From Epithemia pelagica (Eukaryota; Protista; Bacillariophyta), in assembly GCA_946965045.2 (NCBI GenBank), contig OX337230.1:1364001-1428000 (forward strand): a stretch of 64,000 nt of DNA. The letters are read 5' to 3'. The notes below the pieces were generated by a model. It searched no databases, was not told the DNA's origin, and saw nothing but the letters and a program-made list of their open reading frames with translations. This document shows, piece by piece, positions 11,013 to 21,000 of the stretch (the first letter of the stretch is position 1; every line of letters starts with the position of its first letter). The position numbers and the translations under genes are program-made.

Positions 11013-11789
11013 AATTCTCACCGTCTATGGTGGTTAGATTCTACATCTCATCGATTCCCCATGTCACATAGCCTCGTGCTATCGCATCATGCCCTCTAGC
11101 TTCGAGCTATGTTTCCTAGCTTCGCGCTATATCGACCTATATTTCTTCGCAAATCATGAAAAGTGAGAATAGATTGACGAACTCACTCTCAAGACTAAAC
11201 TGGGTCGTGCGGTATTACAACGGACATAAATTTGGCCGTTGCTCGGACATTATACTAACGCCCTAAGCGTACGCGCCCGAAATCATCGAGCGCGCCCAAG
11301 CGACATCCGAGCGCTATCGGCATCTATCCGATCCAACGGTCTAAGTATCCCAAGCACGACACACGATCACGCGAGACCATATTTCCATTCCCACAATCTC
11401 CAAATTGTCAACAAGCTGCGCGCCATGAAAACAACTATGCCAACCCAAAGCAAGAACTGTTGACCCTGTATATGTTATCCGCCCACATATACATGTCATA
11501 TACATCACATGAATCAACTCCAACTATTCCAAACCTGTTGCCGCCAAGAACCTATGACACATGACCCTTGGCAGGACCGAACATTTCACGTAGACCTATC
11601 GTAGTAATCAACACACAATCTAACAATATCACCATTTATCACATCCTCTTTTGTGTCCCGACTATCCTTCTGATAGACTTCGACTTGCTTGCTTCTCTGA
11701 CCCTGAGAAGCTTGTATCGGTTGGTGACCTACCTGATTGTCTGCTCTACCGAGCATCAATGTCCCTACGATTCAGAAAGAATTGTAACA
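11007..11789 (+). repeat. 3' LTR of element A (783 bp)
   Basis: Direct repeat of 3406-4188. Confidence 0.97.
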
Positions 11790-13311
11790 CGTGCTCCCAG
11801 CATACGGGCCAGTTCACGGGCCAACAGAGTCTTTCCACAACCAGGAGGTCCCGACAACAAGATGCCACGCACGTGACTGACTCCCAGTCGGCGAGCAGCT
11901 GCCAGATTGGCACGGGAAGCCAATACACGGCGGACAATGGCATCGAGCTGAGCATCCAGACCTCCCACTTGATCAAACGACATGCCCATTTTGTTACCCA
12001 AATGTGTTTTCTGTTCTTTGATCGCTTTCGAGAGATTCTCGTCTGCTTTCTCTTCGCCGTTTGTCCCCGACTCTGCTTCTTTCTGTTGCATTTCAAGCTC
12101 TGCTGGGACAATGGAAAGGACTTTTTCAAGATTCTCAATTGGCTGCATTGGAAAGGTTGATGTTGTTTCCTCTTCTTCCAATCCAATGGGTGGCCGAATA
12201 ACAACTTCTAACAGAACCGTTTTTCCATACTTTCCCGAATATCGTCGGAGCGGTCCTCCCACGTACTTGACACACTCTTCACCGGCACTGGATTGTCCGG
12301 CACCCAATGAACCATCACTCCCTCCACGCAAGGCCCTCGACGTTCGAACCTTGAAGTTTCCATTTCGATCTGGTCCCGAAACAGGAGAGATTTCTGCCAT
12401 TCCAGTCAACGTTTTGACAACGGCCCAGGAGCCACCCGGCCATCGACAGGTCCACTCCGTTTCCGGAGGAAGGACATGGAGGATGCAATCCCAGTCTTTG
12501 CCTCTGACCAATCGCAGTCGAACCGGCAGTAAGCCATTGCCCTCATCATCACCATTGTAGTTATCACCATTACCATCCACCCATTGTTCATACACTCCTG
12601 GTTGAAGTTGTACTTCGTTCACTCGTTCCATGAGTGTTTTCATGGCGTCATCGTCCACCCACGTTCCCCATTCGTATCGAAAGGAATCGTGTCCTTGGTT
12701 GCTTGTGTCAGCTCCCCGAAGCGCTGTAGCATTAATGGTACTGGCAATCAATGGTTCGTATGGGGCGGGTATTTTGTCCAGGATGGGGACATCCACATGA
12801 TCTTGTGGTGCCAAACGGAGAACAAAGCCATTCGTTGGACTTTCGTGATTGGGCGACAATAGAAAGCCATCCCCCAAACGCGACAACAGTTTAAGTAAAG
12901 CAATGAAACCGAAAAAAGTAGATTTGACACGCATCATTGGTCTTAGCTCAGTTCATCCTGTGTTCAGTAACAGTTTCCATACAAGAGATGATGATGAAGA
13001 GTGATGGAGCCGTCTCCGTCTCGTCGTGGGTGTGACCACGTACTTGCTGAGACTGGGAATCTTCCATCATTTTTTGCGCGACTGGATTGTACTACTCCCA
13101 TATCGTTAAAAAATCACTTCTACATAATATATGCCATAAATAATCGAACCCTCTAAGGTGTCACATAAGTGTCTTTCTTGGAGCTTCCCAGAAAGGATTT
13201 GAAAAAAATCGATCCACATGGCGTATCTTCATCTTTTCGCGTCTTGAAAGATCGATCTCGATGATTGAAGCTGTTCGCATAATATTCTGCTGACCAGAGA
13301 AAAGGGATCAC

Positions 13312-14217
13312 ATGAATACTTGTGCTGTCTTTGCGTGTTGGTTGAGTTTCTTGTTCTCAGTTTCCCTTTCCATCGATCCGTCGCTTGCCATGTCTGTCTC
13401 ACGTGTGATTGGTACCTCCAAGTTGGCTCGTCAAGTGAGCTTTGCCGATGCTTGGAAGGGATCGGATCATTCTCGTTTCTGTTGCCTTATTTATGCTACT
13501 CAGAATGGATGGAAACTTCCCATTTTGTTTGAAGAACTCGGAGAACCATACGATTGGTGTTTGGTTGACTTTGCCAAGAACGAACAAAAAAGTGAAGCCT
13601 TTCTCAAGATCAATCCCAATGGACGTATTCCTGCCTTGATTGATCGAAAGGCCAATGTCACAGTGGCGGAAAGTGGAGCAATTTTAGAGTATGTTTGCGA
13701 AACGTTTGATTCCGACTTGTTGCCCTCCAAAGAAAAAGATTTGGCCAAACACTTGCTGTACAAACAATGGCTCCATTGGCAAGTTTCTGCTCAGGGTCCC
13801 ATGTTGGGCCAGAGTATGTACTTTAATCGCATCGCTGCGACACAGGGCAATCATGACGAATTTTCTATTCAACGGTTTGGGAAGGAAGCGACGCGTTGCT
13901 TGCAAATGCTGGATGACCAACTAGCCTCGTCGGGAGGACCCTTTTTGTTTGGAGAAAATCCCTCGGTGATTGACGTGGCGACCTTTGCCTATGCGGCCAG
14001 TGCCTATTGGGCTTGTGTCGACATTTCCAGCATGGCGCATTTGCAAAAGTGGCTCACGTTTTTGCACAATCGACCCTCCTTCCAAACCGGTTTGCGCATT
14101 CCGTTTGCTCGTCCGGCCTTTTTTGGACCGCCCTGGGCTACACAAGAGGAAATTAATGCCGAGATCTCTGACAATGCCTCTCAGTTCAAGATTGCACCGG
14201 CCGACAAGAAGAACTGA
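13312..14217 (+). CDS. Glutathione S-transferase, Ure2p/YfcG-YghU (Nu-class)-like
   Basis: TQNGWK, FLKINPNGRIPAL, ESGAIL, WQVSAQGPMLGQ and DVATF motifs. True start may be the later Met (MSVSR). Confidence 0.9.
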   Translation: MNTCAVFACWLSFLFSVSLSIDPSLAMSVSRVIGTSKLARQVSFADAWKGSDHSRFCCLIYATQNGWKLPILFEELGEPYDWCLVDFAKNEQKSEAFLKINPNGRIPALIDRKANVTVAESGAILEYVCETFDSDLLPSKEKDLAKHLLYKQWLHWQVSAQGPMLGQSMYFNRIAATQGNHDEFSIQRFGKEATRCLQMLDDQLASSGGPFLFGENPSVIDVATFAYAASAYWACVDISSMAHLQKWLTFLHNRPSFQTGLRIPFARPAFFGPPWATQEEINAEISDNASQFKIAPADKKN

Positions 14218-14542
14218 TGGTGAATCAAACCTCCAGAATCGTAGTAGGTAGGGTAAACTCGAGAAGTTTATCGTTCAAATGAGAATTACAACGTAGTACT
14301 TTGGCATTCAAACAAGAATACAAGATTGCCAACAAGGGCGAGTATTAAATTTGAGTAGGACTAGAAGTCTTCCTATTGTAGCCAAGACAGCATGACTAGC
14401 AGCTCTGGCTGACAACTGCAGAACTACTTGGTCATCTTCCCCCGTGTGGAGGATTCGATGTTCTGGCTGACATTTCATCATGCCCATTCATCAGTCTCTT
14501 GTAACGTGATGTTTGTTCCAATCATCCGCTCCTACCACCCAA

Positions 14543-15895
14543 TCAACCAGCTTCTGGAAGGCGAGGATTCCCATCGGGTGGTAGCTTATACCACGTTTGT
14601 TTGTATCGACAAGAAATATGAATAATGCTGTGCAACTGTCGACTCAACTCCTCCGTCGACGAGGCGGGCAATGAATCTTCATCAAACGCACCAGCCGCGG
14701 GCCATACCTCATCCGAACCATCGTACACAATCGTCAAGACACCTCCACAATTGTTGCAGACATGCCGTCGACCATGAGGGGCATATCGCTGCATGGGTGG
14801 TTCGTGACTACTGCTACCACCACTGGTCGGGTGCATGTCCTGTCTGGGACTGCCGTTTTGGTAGGTATCCGTGTTTTCCGGTGGCAACCATTCCAGATCA
14901 TTTTTATCAAACGGAACCCATGTTTGAAACGGTCCTCCCGAGACTCGACGGCATAGTCGACAGTAACAATGTTGGAGTTCGGTCGTCCGTTCCAAGCGTA
15001 TCCGATATCTGGACTGGCCACAGGAACAAGACCCAGTCAAGAAGAATGGCCCTTGGTTGGAATGCAATTTCCCAAGCCGATCCGCTTGTGCCTCTGCCTG
15101 TGTCCAGCTCGCTCGTCGATCCCATTGCCATGTTTCTCGTTTCTGCTGCAAAAATTGGGCCAGAGGCGGGGGGAGGGTTCGATCGTCCATGGGTCCCATA
15201 TTCAATAACAGTTGATGACCATGCCTTGCTTCGATTCGAAGAGGACGTGTGGCCATTTTACTTTTGCAAACACTACATTGCATTCGGACAACGGGGCCCA
15301 ATTGACTGCACGAGTCGCGATAGGTTGTCAAACTATTGGTTGGATCGAGAATGTGAACCGACTCTTGTTTGGCCAACAGATAGGAGGCAAAGGCGGCCAC
15401 ATGAAATTTCCGGCAGGATGGACAGTGGCAATCGACGGCCGCCTTGTACGAAAAACTATTGCTGTTCGCGTTGGTTTCGTCGTCGTCGTCATAGGTCTGT
15501 TCCAATGGCTGAATGGCATGAATGGGAACCGTCAGCTCCACACGTCCACATTGACACCTGGAACGAATCACCGCATTTGGGTCCAAGTCCTTGAGGCTGA
15601 CGTCCTGTGATGGTCGTTGCCGCCGATGACTTTCCACGACGGGTTCTGACAAGGACGGCATGTTGAATCGATTAATGTGCAAGTGTCGGCGTGTCGGCGT
15701 CTTGGTGCCTCGTTGTCTTTGAAACCAATACTTGGTTCTCCGATGGGTAGAGCTGCTGGAGAAGGACGAAGTTTGCAACAGCGTTGTCATAAAAAGGGGA
15801 AGAAAGGGTGATGATAACTTCCAACTGGATCGCATCAAGAGCAACAAAAGTGACAGTGCCAATGGCCAACCGTCCATACTTTCATCTTTCATCAA
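14543..15895 (-). CDS. Protein with two tandem GFA/CENP-V (glutathione-dependent formaldehyde-activating) domains
   Basis: Two copies of the CxCG...CHC/CYCxxCR...CxxC zinc motif set (RCQCG, CHCPSCRK, CSVC; SCSCG, CYCRLCRR, CNNCG). Confidence 0.85.
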   Translation of the reverse strand: MMKDESMDGWPLALSLLLLLMRSSWKLSSPFLPLFMTTLLQTSSFSSSSTHRRTKYWFQRQRGTKTPTRRHLHINRFNMPSLSEPVVESHRRQRPSQDVSLKDLDPNAVIRSRCQCGRVELTVPIHAIQPLEQTYDDDDETNANSNSFSYKAAVDCHCPSCRKFHVAAFASYLLAKQESVHILDPTNSLTTYRDSCSQLGPVVRMQCSVCKSKMATRPLRIEARHGHQLLLNMGPMDDRTLPPPLAQFLQQKRETWQWDRRASWTQAEAQADRLGKLHSNQGPFFLTGSCSCGQSRYRIRLERTTELQHCYCRLCRRVSGGPFQTWVPFDKNDLEWLPPENTDTYQNGSPRQDMHPTSGGSSSHEPPMQRYAPHGRRHVCNNCGGVLTIVYDGSDEVWPAAGAFDEDSLPASSTEELSRQLHSIIHISCRYKQTWYKLPPDGNPRLPEAG

Positions 15896-16353
15896 GTCGA
15901 CACCGAATTATTTTTTTCGTCACATCTCGCCACAACGAAGACACGGATTCCGAGTTCCGAGATGCCAGCCAAATGGTGTGACCGACATCCGACCCACGAG
16001 GATGGAAGACAGACGTCAGAATCCAGAATCCACACTCTCGTACGTCACCCAACACCCAACCGATCTCCATAGTACTTTTTATTCTATAGTCGAATCCCAA
16101 ACGGCGGGATCAGCGAAGCCGACTGCACACGCGCGACTGAGAGTATAAATCGCGCAGGCATTTTCGAACTCTATTTTTTACACGAACGCGAGCTGGCACC
16201 AAGAGTGGCTGTGCGATCGACCGCAACAAGATGCGGCAGGGGCGGGCGGGGGCGGTGCATAATATCTTTTCAAAGTTCTTTCTCATTGAGAAAGACAAGA
16301 CGTTGCAAGTTCCAAGTTGGAAGCGGCTATTCTGAAAACTCTACAACAAGAGC

Positions 16354-17373
16354 ATGGAACAAGCCGTCCTTTCCGAACCGAAGACGACGACGACGACAAG
16401 GCCTTCTGTCAAGGATGCAGGTCCTAGTAGTAGTCTGACTCGTCAACGCAGCAAACGACCGGGCTTTTCTGGTTGGGGACTTCGAGGCGGTGGCAAAAGC
16501 AGTCGACGAGCGGGGGCCAGCGTCCGGTTTGCCCTCGACAACGACGACGACAACAAGAACAACAACAAGAACAACGAGCCCGATCCTCGCAACCAAGCTC
16601 CGCAAAAACAAAGATCTTCGTTTTTCAATCGATCCGTCATTTGGAATGGATACAAACACCAACGAGAGTCAGTCACGGCCATTGTCGCCAATACCTTGAG
16701 TCGCGAAGAAGAACGAATCGACGACCAAATCCACCAAATGATTGACAATGACAACAGCAACAACAAGGATTATCAGAGTAGGAGTAACTGGGATGTTTTG
16801 AGCGATGAAAATGTGGACATGGATCTCGATGATCTTCAAAATGAGCTGCGTCAAATGGAAGAAGAGTTTCGAAGTTCAGAGAGATCGGGTGATCGCGAAG
16901 AGGCCGCTCTCGTGCGCAATGAACCCATGTTGTTTGGCGACGAATCAACCCATGTCGATCCTGAGCAACCCCTCAGAGCACCAGACAGTTCAAACGATTC
17001 CATGACGGAAGGCCCAAAGGATCGTTCGACAACAACCAGTGTTCCTCATGGTCAAGAAGCTGATGAGACGGAACCTCTTTTGATGATGACCTCGGAATCG
17101 ACAAAACCGGTGGTTGCTTCATCCGAGTCGGATACACGGAATGGCAGTCGGAGACCGTCGAAAGAGAGAGGCGTCATGCGTGGACTGATGATTGTCTCGG
17201 GTGGAGTGGGATGCATGTTTGTAGGAAACATTCTTCTCACTACTTGTAGCGAGAATCAAAGCAAGAATGTACCAAAGATGGCATGCCTCGGTTCCGCCTT
17301 GGTCATTCTAGTCGGTTTAACTGGCTATGGATTGGTTCGAAAAACAAGGCCGTCCAACAGTGACACCCCATAA
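16354..17373 (+). CDS. Hypothetical protein, disordered N-terminus with two C-terminal transmembrane helices
   Basis: 339-aa ORF with two hydrophobic segments near the C-terminus. No family recognised. Confidence 0.6.
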   Translation: MEQAVLSEPKTTTTTRPSVKDAGPSSSLTRQRSKRPGFSGWGLRGGGKSSRRAGASVRFALDNDDDNKNNNKNNEPDPRNQAPQKQRSSFFNRSVIWNGYKHQRESVTAIVANTLSREEERIDDQIHQMIDNDNSNNKDYQSRSNWDVLSDENVDMDLDDLQNELRQMEEEFRSSERSGDREEAALVRNEPMLFGDESTHVDPEQPLRAPDSSNDSMTEGPKDRSTTTSVPHGQEADETEPLLMMTSESTKPVVASSESDTRNGSRRPSKERGVMRGLMIVSGGVGCMFVGNILLTTCSENQSKNVPKMACLGSALVILVGLTGYGLVRKTRPSNSDTP

Positions 17374-17621
17374 CCACATACACACACCCCTAACTTGTCT
17401 TGACTTGTCTTGATATGGGCCTTTTGACTTTTGATCCCATTTTCGCCCTCAAGTTTCGACACTGCCTCTTAATATTAATCATACTACTAGGTACGTACTT
17501 GCGTTGGTCTTTTGTTGTGCTATTTGTTCGATTGTTCGCCGTAATGCACTTAGCAATTCATGGCAGACAGTGAAATTATACTGAAATTTCCCGCGACAGG
17601 CAGGAATTTCGAGCGGAGAAG

Positions 17622-17693
17622 GTGATCTTCGTATAGTGGTTAGTACCCCCGGTTGTGGTCCGGGAAACCTGGGTTCGATTCCCAGAGATCACA
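17622..17693 (+). tRNA. tRNA-His (GTG)
   Basis: Acceptor stem GTGATCT/AGATCAC, D-loop AGTGGTTA, anticodon stem CCCGG/CCGGG around TT-GTG-GT, T-arm CTGGG-TTCGATT-CCCAG, then a short T-run. Confidence 0.93.
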
Positions 17694-18047
17694 CGTTTTG
17701 CATTAACGGGACCAAAAGCAAAAGTTTGCAGGGACGTATTTGCCAGCAACTCTCCCAACCAAGTCCTGCCCCCGTTTGTGACCAAGCAAAAGAGAACAAG
17801 TGTCATGGGGATGCCTCTGTTGTCGACTTTTTCCTTCCATCACACAGTCGACAGATAATCTATCGTGAAGAACAGCACTTGCCATCAACGTTGTGGTGCC
17901 AATACGATCCTCAACCAAGTGACAGTGGTGCATTAGAGGGGCGACAGTGGCATCCGAAGTACATTCCAAGAAAGCTGCTACATTCATAGTTCGCAGGAGC
18001 ACGGAGACCTACCTATAGAGTATTGTGGACGCCGATCGATTTGAACC

Positions 18048-21000
18048 ATGTCAACGACACCGGAGGGGAAGGAGTTGTATGACTGTGTTTTGGATGGTAA
18101 CTGGCATCGCGTCGCATCACGATGCAAATCGGCCTTGGAGGCTCGCGAAACAGAGACCAATGAGGACGGCGACGAGACTACCATCAAGAGTTATAGCTAC
18201 GTGGATCCAGATTCGGGGGATACTGCCTTGCATGTGGCCTGTCGCAATCGTCCTCCCGTCCGAGCCATGAAATCCTTGTTGGACTTGGTTCCGGAACTTA
18301 CCATGGTAGAAAATGTCAACACGGGAGAAATACCCTTGCACCTGGCCTGTCAACACAATGCCACGTTGGACGTGCTGCGACGATTGGTGGCCAATCATCC
18401 ACAATCTGCCTGTTTTCAAAGCAAAAGTCCACCCAAGAAAAAGAAAACCTCCAAGTTTGGTGGGGGACGTCGATTCGGAGCCGCCGCAAAATCCACATCA
18501 TCGTCGTCGGCGTCCGCCGATGTGGAACACCACAAGACACCCCTACGTTCCTTGTGGGATAGTCGTACGACGACAGATACCAACGCCAAGGAAAATTACA
18601 ATACGGTCTTTTGGCAAAAAGTGCAGGCTCTGCTCGAAGCCATTGCACGCTTTCGACAAGAAAGTGAGGGCGGCGGTGATGCAGGACAACAATCCGTTGA
18701 CGGAGGACAAGATGCGGACGAAAATGGAGGAGAAGGAGAAGCTAATACCTCTTCCTTGTTGTTGGTGCATGCGGCTGTATATGCCACCTTGAAAGATGCC
18801 CCTCCGGCCATTTTGGATTTTGCGCTTGATAAAATGTCACAACAGGTGCATCAGCGAGACGCGACTCAAAAGTTGCCCCTTCATGTGGCCATTGGACCAG
18901 CGCAGTGGACCGACGCCGTCGCATCCAAACAATTCAAGTTTTTGTCGCAGGAGCAACAAGTCATTTCCAAACTCTTGACCTTGTCGCCTCACGCAGCCAG
19001 TGTGTGCAATGAGGAGGGTCGATATCCCATGCACAGTGCTGTATATAATCAACATACCTGGCTTGGAGGTGTCAAGGAAGTGTTTGAAAACGCTCCAGAA
19101 GCTACCTATCAGGTGGATCCAGTGACGCATTTTTATCCCTTCCAACTGGCAGCGATTCCTGTACGAGAGCAAGCCGCTGTAGATTTGGATACCATTTTCT
19201 GTCTCTTGCGTGTTCAGCCGGACGTCTTTGGCGACCAACACAGAGTGTATGATTTCAGTTCTGTGTGGGAAAAGACCCAATCATTGACGCTTTCGGAAGC
19301 CGCTGCCGATGCGGTCGAGTCAGTTAAACAAACCATTGAGGTTCTGACCGAACAGGCGGGCCAGATTGAGAGCGATATTGCCGAGTCAACATCTTCTCCG
19401 AGCATTTCTCCCGAAACCGTACTTTGTCAGCGAAAGTTGCTTGAAATTCGTCGGCTCTTGAGCCGCATGCAGGAGAAATTGGAAATCCTTTCCGCTGATG
19501 GACAAAGACGCGCTGAAATGGCGGAATTGCGACGACAAGCCATGGACCAGATCACGCAGCGAGCGAAACTCGGTTTGAAAGAAACGCAAGGCGTGATGGA
19601 GGATCTTATCGGACCTGCATTTGCGGAATACCAAAACGCGTTGACTGGTAAGAAAGGGAAGCAACCTCTCAAGGGACTGGGGGTCACGGATGGGAATTCT
19701 ACAATTCATGAGGACGGCAGTGCTGGAGCGATAGATATTGAAGATACTGGAGAGGATCAATTACATGAGCAACAAGATCACCTGAACAAGCTTGAGAAAC
19801 AGCTTGCAGCATTCAAGAAACAACGCCGTCCGGTTGTTGTACACCTTCAAACACTGGAATCGTGGCTGGTGGATCGAGGAGCCCTCGATGAAATGAACAA
19901 GCTTGATGAAGCCATGAAGATAACACAAGAATATCTGGAATCGGCTGTCAGCAAACGAATGGCGGTCGTGCAAGCCATTCAAGAAGCCGTCGAAAAGGAG
20001 AAAGAGAAGAAAGCAAAGGCAGCACAGGATTTGGTGGCCAAGAAAATGGCAGCTGAACAAGAAAAGATTGCGAAAGAAGAGCAAGAAGCCTTAGCTAGAC
20101 AAGCCGTAGAGAAGCAAGAAAATGAGGAAAGAGCTTTAGCAGCGAAGCAAGCGGTAGCGAAGAAACTCGCAGCAGAGCGAGAAAAGAAAACCCGAGAAGA
20201 AAAGGAGGCCATGGAGAAGAGAGAAGCAGCAGCAAGAGCAAAAGAAGAGAAAGCAAAAGCAGTCAAGGAAGCGGCTAGAAGAAAGCTTGCTGAACAGCGA
20301 AAACTAGAAGAAGAGGCCAAACTACTTCAACAGTCACAACTTGATGCAGACATCACAGATGACGGAATAGTAACCAACTCTCTGGACGACGATGCAACGG
20401 AGGTTGCTGAGACATCTCAAGAAAATAATGAAACTGCATCATGTTCTTTGAATTCCAGCACGGAGACCCCAGAGAGCCAATTGGACCCAGCTGAAATCGT
20501 GGGGTCGAAAAGTGATTTTCAGCCATCTGTGGAATTTGAAGACCAAGCCAATCTCTCGCATCTTCGTAAACTCAGTGACGAGGGAGCAACCGATAACGAT
20601 ATTGATTCCATTCAAGGGAAAACTCCACAGAGCTTTGAGGCCCTTGAACCTGAAATAGAATCCCAGGAAGAATCTGATCTAAAGATACCCGAGGCAAATA
20701 CGATCGAAGGTGAAAAACTCCTGCAATCTGCACAAACAGATGCATCGTCCGAAGAATCGACTCAAGGGAATTTTGAAGAACAACCAGAAGCTCTAGAAAA
20801 TCCGAATGTTGCGCAAGTGAGTACAGATGATCCTGTTTCTAATCAACTTGGGGACACAGCCGAGATGTCCGATGAACCTCTATGGGAGACTTCGTCTACT
20901 GTGGGAGTAGAAAACGCTTCCACCGGCCAAGAAGATGCTGAAGAAAATGCTGCAGAAAACATCGAGGAGCAAGTTGAAGGGAAAACTCAGGATGCCGACG

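Larger units (their letters stand above)
3406..11789 (+). mobile_element. Full-length Ty1/copia (CoDi-like) LTR retrotransposon, element A
   Basis: Two 783-bp TG...CA LTRs with no difference found by eye. 5-bp TSD CGTGC at 3401-3405 and 11790-11794. Single gag-pol ORF in copia domain order PR-IN-RT-RH. Confidence 0.97.
1786..12937 (-). pseudogene. NSF/Sec18-like AAA+ ATPase with predicted bipartite plastid leader, interrupted by a copia insertion (exons ~12937..11790, 3400..2136, 2060..1786)
   Basis: Walker A GPPGCGKT in ORF 11765..12937, and NSF-like IVNGPEILDKYIGEAE, Walker B IIILDEMD and DPALLRPGRLE in ORF 2119..3420. Removing 3406-11789 plus one CGTGC restores ...LGAREPQIV... in frame. 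An intron at 2135..2061 (GTAAG...CTGCAG) links ETI to VVPQ. Confidence 0.88.

Noticed and set aside
17621-17621. Genomically encoded G-1 on tRNA-His
   Set aside because: A single G has a one-in-four chance probability, and the discriminator is A as in the usual Thg1-dependent eukaryotic type.
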